DNA of 64,000 nucleotides from an uncultured Actinomycetota bacterium (GCA_963753435.1 CAVWCF010000001.1:832001-896000); one strand, 5' to 3'. Numbered from the stretch's first letter, positions 34,523-46,015 are shown. The notes: generated by a model from the sequence alone, not told the origin. Numbers and translations: made by a program.

Positions 34523-37500
34523 GTGTCTGAGACGAGTCAGTCCACTCCCGACGTCCCCGTTGCTGGGTTCGGCCCCAACGAATGGCTGGTGGACGAGATC
34601 TACCAGAAGTACCTGGCCGATCCACAGAGCGTGAATCGAGCCTGGTGGGACTTCTTCGCCGACTACCAACCCATGGACGCGCTGGTCACCAAGGCGGCCC
34701 CGCCGGCTTCCGAACCGGAAACCCCCGCACCCGGCACACCGACTTCGCTCGACGCCGCCGCTCCGGCCGTGGCGCCCCCAGGACCGGCGGCGCCAGCGGT
34801 TCCCGCTCCAGCCCCGGCCCCTGCTCCTGCTGCGGCCCCGGCACAGACCGCTCCCGCTGCAGCGGCTCCCGCGACAGCTCCGGCAGTTGCCCCTGCAGCC
34901 GAAGCCGCCGAAGGACCTGCCGGGCCCGAGGTGACCAGGCTGCGCGGGCCGGCGGCGCGTGTGGTGACCAACATGGAGTCATCGCTGGAGATCCCGACGG
35001 CGACAAGCGTGCGCGCGGTGCCGGCGAAACTCCTCATCGACAACCGCACCGTCATCAACAACCACCTGCGCCGCGGCCGCGGCGGCAAGGTGTCCTTCAC
35101 CCACCTGATCGGCTACGCACTGGTCCGCGCGGTCACCGACGTGCCCGCCATGAACGCCGCGTACGAGTTGGTCGACGGCAAACCCTCCGTGCTCACCCCG
35201 GAGCACGTGGCCCTTGGGCTGGCCATTGACCTGGCCAAGCCGGACGGCAGCCGCCAACTGCTGGTCCCGAGCATCAAGAATGCCGAGTCCCTGGACTTCG
35301 CCGCGTTCTGGGCCGCGTACGAGGACATGGTCCGACGGGCCCGCAACAACAAGCTCACCTTGGACGACTTCGCCGGCACGACCATCACGCTGACGAACCC
35401 GGGCACGATCGGGACCGTCCACTCCGTCCCGCGACTCATGCGCGGACAGGGCGCGATCATCGGCGTTGGGGCCATGGAGTACCCCGCGGAGTGGTCCGGC
35501 GCCAGCGAGGAGACCCTGGCCCGCCACGCGATCAGCAAGATCTTGACGCTGACGAGCACGTACGACCACCGCATCATCCAGGGCGCCCAATCCGGGGAGT
35601 TCCTGCGCCGCCTGCACCAGCTGCTGCTCGGCGCGGACGGCTTCTACGACGAGATCTTCGCCGCGCTGCGGATCCCCTACGAGCCGGTGCGCTGGGCGCC
35701 GGACATCTCGGCCTCGCACGAGGACGACGTCAACAAGACGGCCCGAGTACAGGAACTGATCCACGCCTACCGGGTCCGCGGGCACCTCATGGCGGACACC
35801 GATCCGCTGGAGTACGAGCAGCGGCGGCATCCGGACCTGGACATCGTCAACCACGGCCTGACGCTGTGGGACCTCGACCGCGAGTTCCCGACCGGCGGCT
35901 TCGGCGGGCGCAGCATGGCTCCGCTGCGGGAGATCCTCGGCATTCTTCGTGACTCGTATGTGCGAACCATCGGCATCGAGTACATGCACATCCAGGACCC
36001 GGTGCAGCGGCAGTGGATCCAGCAGCGGGTGGAGACACCGCTGGAGCGCCCGGATCGCGAGCAGCAACTACACATCCTGCGTCGCCTCAACGCCGCCGAA
36101 GCGTTCGAGACGTTCCTGCAGACCAAGTACGTAGGCCAGAAGCGCTTCAGCCTCGAAGGTGCCGAGTCGGTCATCCCACTGCTGGACGCCGTGCTGTCCC
36201 GGGCCGCCGAACGCGGCCTGGAGGAAGTTGCCATCGGCATGCCACACCGCGGCCGGCTGAACGTGCTGGCCAACATCGTCGGCAAGAGCTACGCGCAGAT
36301 CTTCCGCGAGTTCGAGGGCGGCATGGACCCGGGGACCGCGCACGGCTCCGGCGACGTGAAGTACCACCTCGGCGCCGAAGGCAGTTTCACCACACCCGAG
36401 GGTTGGTTGATCCCGGTCACCCTCGCCGCCAACCCCAGCCACTTGGAGGCCGTGGACCCGGTGCTGGAGGGGATGGTTCGCGCCAAGCAGGACCTGCTGG
36501 ATCAGGGCGACAAGTTCCCGGTTCTGCCGATCCTGCTGCACGGCGACGCGGCCTTCGCCGGTCAGGGTGTGGTCACCGAGACGCTGCACCTGTCGCAACT
36601 GCGCGGATACCGCACCGGCGGAACGATCCACGTGATCGTGAACAACCAGGTGGGCTTCACCACATCACCGACTTCGTCCCGATCCAGCGTCTACGCCTCC
36701 GATGCCGCCCGGATGATCCAGGCACCGATCTTCCACGTGAACGGCGACGACCCCGAGGCGTGCGCGCGGGTGGCACGGATGGCGTTCGAGTTCCGGCAGG
36801 CCTTCAAGAAGGACGTCGTCGTGGACTTGATCTGCTACCGCCGCCGCGGTCACAACGAGGCTGATGATCCTTCGCTGACTCAGCCGTTGATGTACTCGAT
36901 CATCGACAACAAGCGCAGCGTCCGCAAGCTCTACACCGAGCAACTGGTCGGCCGCGGCGACATCACGCTGGAGGAGGCCGAGGAGGCGCTGCGCGACTAC
37001 CAACAGCAGTTGGAGCGCGTGTTCCAAGAGACACGCAGCGCAGCCGCCGACCCCGCCGCCGAGCAACCGGCCGAGGTGGAGTTGACCGGGGAGATCGCCC
37101 TCGTGCCACGCGACGAGTCCCGCGAGCGGGCGACCGCAATCAGCGAGGCGACCATGAAGACGATCGCCACCGGGCAGGTCGCGGTCCCGGAAGGTTTCAC
37201 CGTCCACTCCCGGTTGGCCCCGCAGTTGCAGCGACGCGTCGACATGGTCGAGAAGGACGCGATCGACTGGGCCATGGGCGAGACCCTCGCATTCGGCTCA
37301 CTGCTGATGGAGGGCGTGGCCGTGCGGTTGGCCGGCCAGGACAGCAGGCGCGGCACGTTCGGACAGCGGCACGCCGTCTTCGTCGACCGGGTCACCGGCG
37401 AGGAGTACGCGCCGCTGCGTCACCTGTCCGCCGACCAGGCCAAGTTCCACGCCTACGACTCCCTGCTCAGCGAGTACGCCGCCATGGGCTTCGAATACGG

Positions 37501-38278
37501 CTACTCGGTGGCCCGCCCCGAAGCGCTGGTCCTCTGGGAGGCGCAGTTCGGCGACTTCGCAAATGGCGCCCAGATCATCATCGACCAGTTCATCGCCTCG
37601 TCTGAGCAGAAGTGGGGTGCGCAGGCGCCACTGACGCTGCTGCTGCCGCACGGTTACGAAGGACAGGGGCCGGAACACTCGTCCGCCCGCATCGAACGGT
37701 TCCTGACGCTTTGCGCCCAGGAGAACATGACGGTGGCCTACCCGAGCAGCCCGGCCAGTTACTTCCACCTGCTGCGCCGCCAGGGGCTGTCCAACGTCCG
37801 GCGGCCACTGGTGGTCTTCACCCCGAAGTCGATGCTTCGCTTGAAGGCCGCAGCCTCACCCGCCCGCGACTTCACCGAGGGCACTTTCCAGCCGGTTATC
37901 AGCGATTCGACCGTCGATGCGACCCAGGTACGCAGCGTGCTTTTGTGCGCCGGAAAGGTGTATCACGACCTGGTTGCCGCCCGAGCGGCTCAGGGCCGCA
38001 CCGACGTAGCCATCGTGCGCGTGGAGCGCCTGTACCCCCTCGCCGAGGCGGATCTGGCCGAACTGGCAGCGACCTTCCGCTCGGCGCAGGAGTTCCGCTG
38101 GGTTCAGGAGGAGCCGGCGAACATGGGCCCGTGGCCCTACATGGGCCTGCACCTGCCCCCGGTCCTTGGTCGGCCCATCACACCGATAACCCGCCCGGAG
38201 TCCTCATCGCCGGCCGTCGGCAGCCACCACCGGCACGAGGCGGAACAGGCCGACCTGCTCGCACGAGCACTGGGCTAA
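34523..38278 (+). CDS. kgd: multifunctional 2-oxoglutarate decarboxylase/dehydrogenase
   Basis: [10 protein letters not shown], a Pro/Ala linker, E2-like [13 protein letters not shown], then [21 protein letters not shown] and WEAQFGDF. Confidence 0.96.
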   Translation: MSETSQSTPDVPVAGFGPNEWLVDEIYQKYLADPQSVNRAWWDFFADYQPMDALVTKAAPPASEPETPAPGTPTSLDAAAPAVAPPGPAAPAVPAPAPAPAPAAAPAQTAPAAAAPATAPAVAPAAEAAEGPAGPEVTRLRGPAARVVTNMESSLEIPTATSVRAVPAKLLIDNRTVINNHLRRGRGGKVSFTHLIGYALVRAVTDVPAMNAAYELVDGKPSVLTPEHVALGLAIDLAKPDGSRQLLVPSIKNAESLDFAAFWAAYEDMVRRARNNKLTLDDFAGTTITLTNPGTIGTVHSVPRLMRGQGAIIGVGAMEYPAEWSGASEETLARHAISKILTLTSTYDHRIIQGAQSGEFLRRLHQLLLGADGFYDEIFAALRIPYEPVRWAPDISASHEDDVNKTARVQELIHAYRVRGHLMADTDPLEYEQRRHPDLDIVNHGLTLWDLDREFPTGGFGGRSMAPLREILGILRDSYVRTIGIEYMHIQDPVQRQWIQQRVETPLERPDREQQLHILRRLNAAEAFETFLQTKYVGQKRFSLEGAESVIPLLDAVLSRAAERGLEEVAIGMPHRGRLNVLANIVGKSYAQIFREFEGGMDPGTAHGSGDVKYHLGAEGSFTTPEGWLIPVTLAANPSHLEAVDPVLEGMVRAKQDLLDQGDKFPVLPILLHGDAAFAGQGVVTETLHLSQLRGYRTGGTIHVIVNNQVGFTTSPTSSRSSVYASDAARMIQAPIFHVNGDDPEACARVARMAFEFRQAFKKDVVVDLICYRRRGHNEADDPSLTQPLMYSIIDNKRSVRKLYTEQLVGRGDITLEEAEEALRDYQQQLERVFQETRSAAADPAAEQPAEVELTGEIALVPRDESRERATAISEATMKTIATGQVAVPEGFTVHSRLAPQLQRRVDMVEKDAIDWAMGETLAFGSLLMEGVAVRLAGQDSRRGTFGQRHAVFVDRVTGEEYAPLRHLSADQAKFHAYDSLLSEYAAMGFEYGYSVARPEALVLWEAQFGDFANGAQIIIDQFIASSEQKWGAQAPLTLLLPHGYEGQGPEHSSARIERFLTLCAQENMTVAYPSSPASYFHLLRRQGLSNVRRPLVVFTPKSMLRLKAAASPARDFTEGTFQPVISDSTVDATQVRSVLLCAGKVYHDLVAARAAQGRTDVAIVRVERLYPLAEADLAELAATFRSAQEFRWVQEEPANMGPWPYMGLHLPPVLGRPITPITRPESSSPAVGSHHRHEAEQADLLARALG

Positions 38279-38290
38279 ACGGTTCGGCCC

Positions 38291-38470
38291 ATGTACTTCA
38301 CCGACCGAGGCATCGAGGAGTTGCGCGAACGCCGCGGCGGCGAGGACGTCTCCATCGACTGGCTGGCCGAGCGGTTGCGCGAGTTCGTCGACATCAACCC
38401 TGACTTCGAGACCGCCGTGGAGCGACTGGCCACGTGGCTGGCTCGGCTTGACGAGGCGGACGAGGACTGA
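38291..38470 (+). CDS. small conserved actinobacterial protein (DUF6104-like)
   Basis: Manual read, not in the ORF track: MYFTDRGIEELRERRGGEDVSIDWLAERLREFVDINPDFETAVERLATWLARLDEADED. Confidence 0.85.
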   Translation: MYFTDRGIEELRERRGGEDVSIDWLAERLREFVDINPDFETAVERLATWLARLDEADED

Positions 38471-38520
38471 CCGACGCGCGGCCCTAAGTCGGCACGGCAA
38501 GCAGCAGGCGCAAGACCGAC

Positions 38521-39495
38521 TCAGACGGTAAGCACGATCTTTCCGAACGCCTCGCCACCAGCAAGCCGCTCGAACGCATCCCGCGCCTGCGCCAACTCGA
38601 ACACGCTGTCGATCAGCGGCTCCACACCGGCGGCGACCATGAACTCCATCAACTCGGCCAGTTCGGTCCGGGTGCCCATGGTGGAACCGATGACGGACAG
38701 TTGCAGGAAGTAGATGCGGTTCAGGTCCGCCGCCGGTCCGGCCCCCGACGTGGCCCCGCAAACGACTACCCGGCCGCCCGGGCGCAACGCCTTCAGCGAG
38801 TGCGACCAGGTGGCCGCTCCCACGCTTTCCATCACGGCATCGACCCGCTCGGGCAACCGCGCTCCCGGTTCGAAGCAGTCATGCGCCCCCAACTCGCGGG
38901 CTTGCTCGCGCCGACCCGCATCGCGGCTTGTCACCCATACGCGCAGGCCCATCGCCCGGCCCAGCACGATGAGGGCAGTCGAAACCCCGCCGCCAGCCCC
39001 CTGAACCAGGACGGTCTCCCCGGCTTCGAGCCGTCCGCGCGTGCGCAGCATCCGGTAGGCGGTCAACCATGCGGTCGGCACGCAGGCGGCCTGTTCAAAC
39101 GACCAGCCAGGCGGCTTCGGGATGATGTTGCGGCTGGGCACCCACACCCGTTCGGCCAAGGTGCCGTCATGCACTTCCGAGAGCAGGGAGCGCTTGGGGT
39201 CCAACGTCTCGTCACCCCCGCCGGCCGCGGGGTCCCCGATGACCGCGTGCACGACCACCTCTTCGCCCTGCGGCCCCAGGCCGGCCGCATCACAGCCCAA
39301 GACGATCGGTAGCCGGTCGGGGCTGATCCCCACGCCCTTCAACGTCCAGAGGTCGTGATGGTTCAGCGCGGCCGCTCGGACGGCCACCGGGACCCAGCCA
39401 TCCGGCCCGTCCGGGTCCGGGATCTGACCTACGCCGAGGCCGGCGAGTGGTTCGTCCGGGTTGATGGAGTCAGCGGTGACTGCGAGCACCGCCAC
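38521..39495 (-). CDS. MDR/zinc-binding dehydrogenase (quinone oxidoreductase-like)
   Basis: Motifs AALNHHDLW, PTAWLTAYRML, QGAGGGVS, GSTMG and GKIVL. Confidence 0.9.
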   Translation of the reverse strand: MAVLAVTADSINPDEPLAGLGVGQIPDPDGPDGWVPVAVRAAALNHHDLWTLKGVGISPDRLPIVLGCDAAGLGPQGEEVVVHAVIGDPAAGGGDETLDPKRSLLSEVHDGTLAERVWVPSRNIIPKPPGWSFEQAACVPTAWLTAYRMLRTRGRLEAGETVLVQGAGGGVSTALIVLGRAMGLRVWVTSRDAGRREQARELGAHDCFEPGARLPERVDAVMESVGAATWSHSLKALRPGGRVVVCGATSGAGPAADLNRIYFLQLSVIGSTMGTRTELAELMEFMVAAGVEPLIDSVFELAQARDAFERLAGGEAFGKIVLTV

Positions 39496-39498
39496 ACC

Positions 39499-40674
39499 CT
39501 AGGGCTGGCCGGAGGGGCGCCGGGCCACACCGTCGCGCACCGCGGCTGCGGCCACCGCCGCGGCAACGGCCGGGCCGACCCGCGGGTCGAACACCGACGG
39601 GATCACGTGGTCGGGGTCCAACTCGGCGGTGGCCACGTCGGCAATAGCGTCAGCAGCAGCCAACTTCATGGCCGGGGTGATGGCCGACGCGGAAACGCTC
39701 AGGGCGCCGCGAAAGACCCCCGGGAAGGCCAAGACGTTGTTCACCTGGTTGGGAAAGTCGCTGCGACCGGTAGCCACCACTGCGGCGAAACGCCGGGCCG
39801 CCTCCGGGGCGACCTCCGGGTCGGGGTTGGCCAGCGCAAACACGATCGGCTTGGGCGCCATCAGCTCCAAGAGCTCCGCGGCAACCCGGCCGGCGGAGAC
39901 ACCCACGAATACGTCGGCGCCCACCAAGGCGTCAGCAAGCGAACCGTCGAGGCCTTGAGTGTTGGTTCGGGCCAGCAGGTCCTGCTTCACATCGGACAGG
40001 TCGACACGACCCGGACCGATGATTCCGCGGGAATCGACCACAACCACGTCGCGAACATTGGCCTGCATCAGGATGGTGCTGACCGCGACCCCGGCCGCGC
40101 CGGCACCCATCACCACGACCCGCAGGTCGGTGAACTCCCGATCCAGAGCCCGGGCCGCATTGCGCAGGCCGGCGAGCACCACGATCGCCGTCCCGTGCTG
40201 GTCGTCGTGGAAGACCGGGATGTCCAGTGCCGCATCCAGGCGGCGCTCGATCTCGAAGCATCGGGGCGCGGAGATGTCCTCCAAGTTGATCCCGCCGAAG
40301 GACGGGGCGATGTTCACGATTGTGTCCACGACCGCCTCGACGTCACGACAATCCAGGCAGATCGGGACTGCATCGATTCCGGCGAACTGCTTGAACAGCA
40401 ACGCCTTGCCCTCCATGACCGGCAAGGCACCCGTGGGGCCGAGGTCACCGAGACCCAGCACTGCGCTGCCATCGGTGATCACGGCCACCGTGTTGGCTCG
40501 CCAGGTGTAGATGTCAGCGAGGGACTCGTCCGCGGCGACGGCCGAACTGACCTTGCCGACCCCGGGTGTGTACGCCATGGACAGCGCCGCGGCATCCGGG
40601 ACATCGATGGTGCTGCGCACCTCGATCTTCCCGCCCCGGTGAAGCCGGAAGATTGGGTCGTCGTCCAACGTCAT
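39499..40674 (-). CDS. NAD(P)-dependent malic enzyme
   Basis: Motifs AYTPGV, PVMEGKA.LFK, NLEDISAP.CF, HDDQHGTA and ATGRSDFPNQVNN. Confidence 0.94.
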   Translation of the reverse strand: MTLDDDPIFRLHRGGKIEVRSTIDVPDAAALSMAYTPGVGKVSSAVAADESLADIYTWRANTVAVITDGSAVLGLGDLGPTGALPVMEGKALLFKQFAGIDAVPICLDCRDVEAVVDTIVNIAPSFGGINLEDISAPRCFEIERRLDAALDIPVFHDDQHGTAIVVLAGLRNAARALDREFTDLRVVVMGAGAAGVAVSTILMQANVRDVVVVDSRGIIGPGRVDLSDVKQDLLARTNTQGLDGSLADALVGADVFVGVSAGRVAAELLELMAPKPIVFALANPDPEVAPEAARRFAAVVATGRSDFPNQVNNVLAFPGVFRGALSVSASAITPAMKLAAADAIADVATAELDPDHVIPSVFDPRVGPAVAAAVAAAAVRDGVARRPSGQP

Positions 40675-40704
40675 CGACTGCTCCTCAGCGCCGTTCGCTA
40701 CCGG

Positions 40705-41037
40705 TCATGGTTTCACGTGCTTTCGTCGTGCAGCGGTGAACAGGGCTGGGCGTGGAGCCAGCCGGGCGACCACAACGGCCACCACCGCATCGGACCCGAT
40801 CGGTCCCAGCGACCACGAGTCGACGCCCGCTCGCGGATTGTCCCGCTCGACGAACCATCCGCCCGGTTCCCGCCGGGTCGCTCGCTTCACCGCCAGCGGG
40901 CGTTCGCCGGGCAACTGCACCAAGACCAGGTCCCCCGCTTGCACCTGCCGACCGTAGGAGACCAACAGCCGATCGCCTTCGCGCAGCGTCGGCTGCATGG
41001 ACTCGCCGGCCACCGTCGCGATTCCCCAACGACCCAC
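40705..41037 (-). CDS. sodX: nickel SOD maturation peptidase (S26-like)
   Basis: Motifs GESMQPTL..GD, VKR and DN....DS, with a GGGAGG SD. Divergent from sodN. Confidence 0.85.
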   Translation of the reverse strand: MGRWGIATVAGESMQPTLREGDRLLVSYGRQVQAGDLVLVQLPGERPLAVKRATRREPGGWFVERDNPRAGVDSWSLGPIGSDAVVAVVVARLAPRPALFTAARRKHVKP

Positions 41038-41117
41038 TGCACCTCCCGACTGTCGCTTGCCGGTGGGCAACGCTAATGTCGGCATTCGATTCCCGCTGAT
41101 CCCGAAAGGAAGCATCC

Positions 41118-41519
41118 ATGCTGCGTCGCGTGTTCGCTCCCCGCATCACCGTCCACGCCCATTGCGACCTCCCGTGCGGGATCTACGACCCCGCTCAGGC
41201 TCGCATCGAGGCCCAGTCGGTCAAGGCCTGCATGGAGAAGTACCACGGGTCCGAGGATGCCGACTTCCGCGCCCGGGCCATCAGCATCAAGGAAGAGCGC
41301 TCGCACTTGGTCAAGGAGCACCTGTGGGTGCTTTGGACCGACTACTTCAAGCCTCCGCACTTCGAGAAGTACCCGGAGTTGCACGAGCTGTTCAACTCAG
41401 CGACCAAACTGGCCGGTGCGGCTGGGACCAAGGGCACGGTCGACGTCGCCGTCGCCGACGAGCTCCTGGCCAAGATCGACCGCATCGCCGAGATCTTCGC
41501 GGAGACGAAGCAAGGCTGA
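41118..41519 (+). CDS. sodN: nickel superoxide dismutase
   Basis: 14-aa propeptide, then the Ni-hook HCDLPCGIYDPA and LWVLWTDYFK. Confidence 0.97.
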   Translation: MLRRVFAPRITVHAHCDLPCGIYDPAQARIEAQSVKACMEKYHGSEDADFRARAISIKEERSHLVKEHLWVLWTDYFKPPHFEKYPELHELFNSATKLAGAAGTKGTVDVAVADELLAKIDRIAEIFAETKQG

Positions 41520-41557
41520 TCCACCGCGCGACGGGGTCGGCTCGCTAGCGTCAGCCC

Positions 41558-41920
41558 ATGGCGGCGCCCCTGCTACTGACGGTCCCTGCGGATCCGGCCT
41601 ATGTGGTTGTGCTTCGTGCCGCTACCGCGGCCGTCGCCAGTCGCGCCGGCTTCGGGCTGGACCAGATCGAGGATCTGCGGCTCGCCGTCGATGAGCTTGC
41701 CGCGTTGGCGCTGGCCGAACCGGGAACAACTGCTGACATCCAGTTGACCCTGGACGCATCCGACGCCGGGGTCCTGCTGCAGTTGCGCTTCAGCGGTTCG
41801 GCCCTCCCCGAAGACGGATTCGGCTGGATGGTGCTGCGTTCCCTGGCTTCCTCGGCGGAGCAGGTAGCCGAGGACGGCCACGTCACCGTCACTCTGCACG
41901 CAGTGGGCCAGAGCGGATGA
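41558..41920 (+). CDS. anti-sigma factor (RsbW-like)
   Basis: Motifs LTVPADPAY, IEDLRLAVDE and FGWMVL. Coupled to the sigma factor gene. Confidence 0.82.
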   Translation: MAAPLLLTVPADPAYVVVLRAATAAVASRAGFGLDQIEDLRLAVDELAALALAEPGTTADIQLTLDASDAGVLLQLRFSGSALPEDGFGWMVLRSLASSAEQVAEDGHVTVTLHAVGQSG

Positions 41921-42690
41921 GCATCCCGCGGCAACCGACCCCGGAGGCGGCGGAGGTCCGCGAGCGCTTCCGGCTCATGCGCGCGGCACCGCCGGGCTCG
42001 GAGCAGCGGCAGCAGTTGCGCGAGTCCTTGGCCACTCAACACCTGGGCCTGGTCCGCGCCGTCGCGCTGCGGTTCCGGGACCGGGGCGAGTCCGTCGATG
42101 ACCTCGTCCAGGTCGGGTCGGTGGGGCTGCTGAAGGCGATCGACCGGTTCGACCCTGAGCATGGGGCGGCCTTTTCCTCCTTCGCCCTGCCCACGATCAG
42201 CGGCGAGATCAAACGGCACTTCCGCGATCACACCTGGGCGGTGCGGGTGCCACGCCGGCTGCAGGAACTGCGCATGGCGCTGACGAGCCGGACCGAGGAC
42301 CTGCGCCAACAATTGGGCCGATCCCCCACTGTTGCGGAGTTAGCGGCTGACCTTTCCGTCAGCAGCGAAGACGTCCTGGAGGCGCTGGAAGCCGCCGACG
42401 CCTACACGGCGGTGCCGCTGGATGCCCCCATCGACACTGATGGCGCAACAGCGGCTGAGCGGCTCGGTGGTCTGGATCTCGGCATGCTCCGAGTGGAGGA
42501 CCGCGAGGCGCTGGCACCGGTCCTGGACTCCCTGCCGGATCGCGAACGGCGCGTGCTGCATCTGCGCTTCGTGGAAAACCGAACCCAAAGCGAGATCGCC
42601 ACCGAGATCGGGGTTTCGCAGATGCATGTGTCCCGCATCCTGGCGCGAACACTGGCGACCCTGCGGCAGGCGCTGGTCCAACCCGCCTAG
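41917..42690 (+). CDS. SigB/SigF/SigG family sigma factor
   Basis: Motifs DDLVQVG.VGL.KAIDRFD, GEIKRHFRD..W.VRVPRRLQE and GVSQMHVSR. Confidence 0.93.
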   Translation: MSIPRQPTPEAAEVRERFRLMRAAPPGSEQRQQLRESLATQHLGLVRAVALRFRDRGESVDDLVQVGSVGLLKAIDRFDPEHGAAFSSFALPTISGEIKRHFRDHTWAVRVPRRLQELRMALTSRTEDLRQQLGRSPTVAELAADLSVSSEDVLEALEAADAYTAVPLDAPIDTDGATAAERLGGLDLGMLRVEDREALAPVLDSLPDRERRVLHLRFVENRTQSEIATEIGVSQMHVSRILARTLATLRQALVQPA

Positions 42691-42703
42691 CGTCGCGCCG
42701 CAG

Positions 42704-43099
42704 TTAGCGGCCGAAGGCAGCGCGACCAGCCGGCGACAGCAGGGCAATCAGCGCCGTCACCGCGCCAGCCGCCAATGGAATCGCGCCCAACCAGAAGGCC
42801 TGCGAGGCCATCTGCCAGGCGATCGGCAGGCACAGCAACTGCATGGCCACGGTCGCGCCATAGGCGAAGCCCATGCGCCGGAACAGTCCTACGGCGACCA
42901 GCACCACCAGGGTCCCGAACACCAGGAAGTACCACGGCAACTCCCGGGCCAACTCGGCGTTGCTGGCTTCAGCGGTGAGCCACTGCACGACCAGCCAGGC
43001 GCCGTAGCCGAGCAACGCCAGCCCCTCGGCCAGGACGACCAATGCCGCGGTCGTGACCTGCGTCGCCCCCGGCGCGGGGCCCTCGGCGGCTTGCGTCAC
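42704..43099 (-). CDS. integral membrane protein (Rv3217c-like position)
   Basis: Four hydrophobic segments, convergent on the sigma gene and divergent from the DAGK-family gene. Confidence 0.7.
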   Translation of the reverse strand: MTQAAEGPAPGATQVTTAALVVLAEGLALLGYGAWLVVQWLTAEASNAELARELPWYFLVFGTLVVLVAVGLFRRMGFAYGATVAMQLLCLPIAWQMASQAFWLGAIPLAAGAVTALIALLSPAGRAAFGR

Positions 43100-43138
43100 G
43101 GCGGCAGCGTAGGCGGACCCGCGGATACGGTGAGCCGC

Positions 43139-44053
43139 ATGCGAGCCGTTCTCGTGGTCAACCCAGCAGCCACCACCACCACCGACCGGGTTCGCGAAGT
43201 GATCTCTGCCGCCCTGGGACATGCGATGGACGTCGAGGTCGCAACCACCAAGAGTCGTGGCCACGCGCACGAGATTGCGGCCGAAGCTGTCGGCCAGACC
43301 GATCTGGTGGTCGCGCTAGGCGGTGACGGCACTGTCAACGAGGTGGCCAACGGACTGCTGGCCACCGGCCCTGGGCCACATGTGCCCCGGCTGGGGATCA
43401 TCCCCGGTGGCTCGACCAACGTCTCCGCGCGCGCATTGGGTTTGCCCGACGACCCCGTCGAGGCCACCGGCGCGCTGCTGGACGCCCTGGCGCGCGACCG
43501 CGAACACGCCATCGGGCTGGGGCGGGCCGACGACCGCTGGTTCCTCTTCAGCGCCGGCATGGGTTTCGACGCGGCGGTTATCGCCGCGGTGGAGTCCGAC
43601 CGTTCCCGGGGTCGCAGCACCAGCCATCCGCGGTTTCTGGCCCGTGCGGTCCAAACGTTCTTCGGGGGTCTGGACCGCTCCACCCCGGCCATCACCGTCG
43701 AAACCCGCAGCCGCACCGAGTCGGGGCTCTTCCTGGCCATCGTGCAGAACACGACGCCGTGGACTTTCCTCGCCAACCGGGCGGTCACGGCCTGTCCGGA
43801 TGCTTCCTTCGACACGGCGCTGGACCTGTTCGCGCTGCGGTCATTGCGAACGCGGCAAACCCTGCTCGCGGCCTCGGAGTTGCTGGGCGGGCCACTGCGA
43901 GCCGGCTCGAACAACCTGCGGCTGCATGATCAACCCTGGATCCGGCTGCGTGCGATCAAGCCGCAGCCGGTTCACCTCGACGGCGACTACCTGGGCGAAA
44001 GAACCGAGTGGGATCTGACCTGGACCCCGAACGCGCTACGGATAGTGGTCTGA
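43139..44053 (+). CDS. diacylglycerol/lipid kinase family protein
   Basis: Motifs VVNPAA, GGDGTVNEVANG, PGGSTN, GMGFDA and HLDGD. Confidence 0.9.
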   Translation: MRAVLVVNPAATTTTDRVREVISAALGHAMDVEVATTKSRGHAHEIAAEAVGQTDLVVALGGDGTVNEVANGLLATGPGPHVPRLGIIPGGSTNVSARALGLPDDPVEATGALLDALARDREHAIGLGRADDRWFLFSAGMGFDAAVIAAVESDRSRGRSTSHPRFLARAVQTFFGGLDRSTPAITVETRSRTESGLFLAIVQNTTPWTFLANRAVTACPDASFDTALDLFALRSLRTRQTLLAASELLGGPLRAGSNNLRLHDQPWIRLRAIKPQPVHLDGDYLGERTEWDLTWTPNALRIVV

Positions 44054-44075
44054 AAAGTCCGAAATGGGGCTTAGA

Positions 44076-44150
44076 TGTGACCAACGCGACACCGTTGACC
44101 CCGGATTTCGGCGCCTGGGCCCTTGTGTCAGACGTTTCAGGAATGTCACA
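44076..44150. promoter_or_regulatory. two CRP-like sites upstream of whiB1
   Basis: TGTGA-CCAACG-CGACA (44076-44091) and TTTCA-GGAATG-TCACA (44135-44150). whiB1 is a known CRP target in mycobacteria. Confidence 0.6.
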
Positions 44151-44247
44151 GTTGCCCCCTTGGTTGTCGAAAGACGACAACCTTGGCCGAGCGCCCACAC
44201 GGGGAGCGCGCTCGATCGCGCTCACGGCCGGCATCGAAGGAGACCGC

Positions 44248-44502
44248 ATGGACTGGCGACACGAGGCCGCCTGCCGTGACGAGGATCCGGAACTGTTCTT
44301 CCCCATCGGTAACACCGGCCCAGCGCTGCTCCAGGTCGATGAGGCTAAGGCCGTTTGCGCGCGCTGCACGGTCCGCGAACAGTGCCTGGCCTGGGCTTTG
44401 GAGACCGGCCAGGACGCGGGTGTCTGGGGCGGCATGTCCGAGGACGAACGGCGCGCGCTGAAGCGTCGCAACGCACGTCAGCGACTGCGCAACCGAACCT
44501 GA
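44248..44502 (+). CDS. whiB1: WhiB family Fe-S regulator WhiB1/WblE
   Basis: MDWRHEAACRDEDPELFFPIGNTGPA...CARC...C...GVWGG, with an AAGGAG SD. Confidence 0.95.
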   Translation: MDWRHEAACRDEDPELFFPIGNTGPALLQVDEAKAVCARCTVREQCLAWALETGQDAGVWGGMSEDERRALKRRNARQRLRNRT

Positions 44503-44511
44503 GTCCGCCCG

Positions 44512-45963
44512 TCACCCGTCCGTCAGCGGGACAGCCACGCTGACGCAGAGCCCCCCGCCGGGCTCGGCCGCAAACTCCAGGGATCCGCTGAGATCCTGCT
44601 CGACGAGGGTCCGCACGATGCGCAACCCCAGCCTGTCGCTGGTCTCGGGGTCGAAACCGGGCGGTAGTCCCGGACCGGAGTCGGCCACCTCGAGGTGCAG
44701 AACGGGGCCTCGTTGGCCGCGAACCCGGACCCGGCCACCGGTCGGCACGGCGTGCTCCATCGCGTTCTGCAGCAACTCGTTCAGAACCAGGGCCAGAGGT
44801 GTAGCGACCTCGGCCGGCAACCGGCCCAAGGTCCCCGCCCGTTCGAAGTCCACGGCCGAGTGCTGCGCCAGATCCGCGGCGGTTGCCACGACCTGGTCGG
44901 CCACTGCGTCGAAGTCGACGGTCTCGTCGGACTCCGCCGACAGCATCTCGTGAACAAGCGCGATCGATCCGACCCGGCGCATGGCCTCCTCCAAAGCAGC
45001 TCGGGCTTCGGGTTCGGACACCCGGCGGGCCTGCAGCCGCAGTAGCGACGCGACCGCCTGAAGGTTGTTCTTAACCCGGTGGTGGATCTCCCGGATGGTG
45101 GCGTCCTTGCTGAGCAGATCGGCCTCGCGAACTCGAACGTCGGTAACGTCGCGGAGCAGGATCAATGCGCCGGTGCGACGACCGTTTCGGCGCAGCGGAA
45201 TCCCCCGCATGCGCACCCAAGCCCCCCGGGCGTGCACCTCGGCCACCCCGGCGCCGCGGCCGGACGCCACCATCTGCAGGTCCTCATCAACCGGCCCGCG
45301 CCCAACTAGCAGCGCGGCCAGGACATCAGCCAGCACGGTCGAAACGGGGTCTGCGTTGAGCCCGAGACGCCGCAGCGCGGACAGGGCATTGGGACTCGCG
45401 AACACCACCGTCCCGCCCTCATCCAGTCGCAGCGTTCCGTCGCCGACGCGCAAGGGGTCGGACAGTTCGCCACCGGTGGGATCGGCGGGGATCGGGAAGC
45501 GGCCAGCAGCGACCATCTCCACCAGTTGGCCGTAGGCGTCCAGGTAAGCGGTCTCGAGCCGCCCACTGGCTCGCGTCCCGGCGATGTCCCGGTAGCGAGC
45601 CAGGACCGCGATGGTGCGACCCGCGCCCGGTACCGGGATCACCTCGACCGGGGCCTGCGGGCTGGGGTTGTCGGAGGTGATGACGCGGCGTTCGCCAACC
45701 GCCTTGTCCAGCAGCGGGCGGCGGCCCTTCGCCAAGAACGCCCCGACCACTTCCTCGGCGAACACCGTGCTCCCCGTGGATGGTCGTTGCTGCGCCGCGG
45801 CGATGTAGCCCGACCCGCTCCAGGTCGGCACCCACAGCACCAGGTCGGAGAACGACAGGTCCGAGAGCAGCGACAACTCCGCTGCCAGACGGTTGAGACG
45901 ACCCAACTCATCAGCACTTAGGTCTGTCTGCTGCGCGACCTGGGTCAGCCTGGACACCGGCAC
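44512..45963 (-). CDS. pdtaS: cytosolic sensor histidine kinase PdtaS-like
   Basis: Motifs LSDLSFSDLVLWV, REIHHRVKNNLQ and NAMEHA. Convergent on whiB1. Confidence 0.9.
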   Translation of the reverse strand: MPVSRLTQVAQQTDLSADELGRLNRLAAELSLLSDLSFSDLVLWVPTWSGSGYIAAAQQRPSTGSTVFAEEVVGAFLAKGRRPLLDKAVGERRVITSDNPSPQAPVEVIPVPGAGRTIAVLARYRDIAGTRASGRLETAYLDAYGQLVEMVAAGRFPIPADPTGGELSDPLRVGDGTLRLDEGGTVVFASPNALSALRRLGLNADPVSTVLADVLAALLVGRGPVDEDLQMVASGRGAGVAEVHARGAWVRMRGIPLRRNGRRTGALILLRDVTDVRVREADLLSKDATIREIHHRVKNNLQAVASLLRLQARRVSEPEARAALEEAMRRVGSIALVHEMLSAESDETVDFDAVADQVVATAADLAQHSAVDFERAGTLGRLPAEVATPLALVLNELLQNAMEHAVPTGGRVRVRGQRGPVLHLEVADSGPGLPPGFDPETSDRLGLRIVRTLVEQDLSGSLEFAAEPGGGLCVSVAVPLTDG

Positions 45964-46015
45964 AGGCTACGGCCGGTTCCGTGGCTATCCCCAGCCGCTG
46001 ACAGGATGGCGCACC

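Noticed and set aside
34700-34930. Repetitive GC-rich stretch inside kgd
   Set aside because: It encodes the usual Pro/Ala linker of Kgd and is not a DNA repeat element.
40705-41519. Divergent sodX-sodN pair
   Set aside because: This is the standard NiSOD arrangement with an intact nickel hook.
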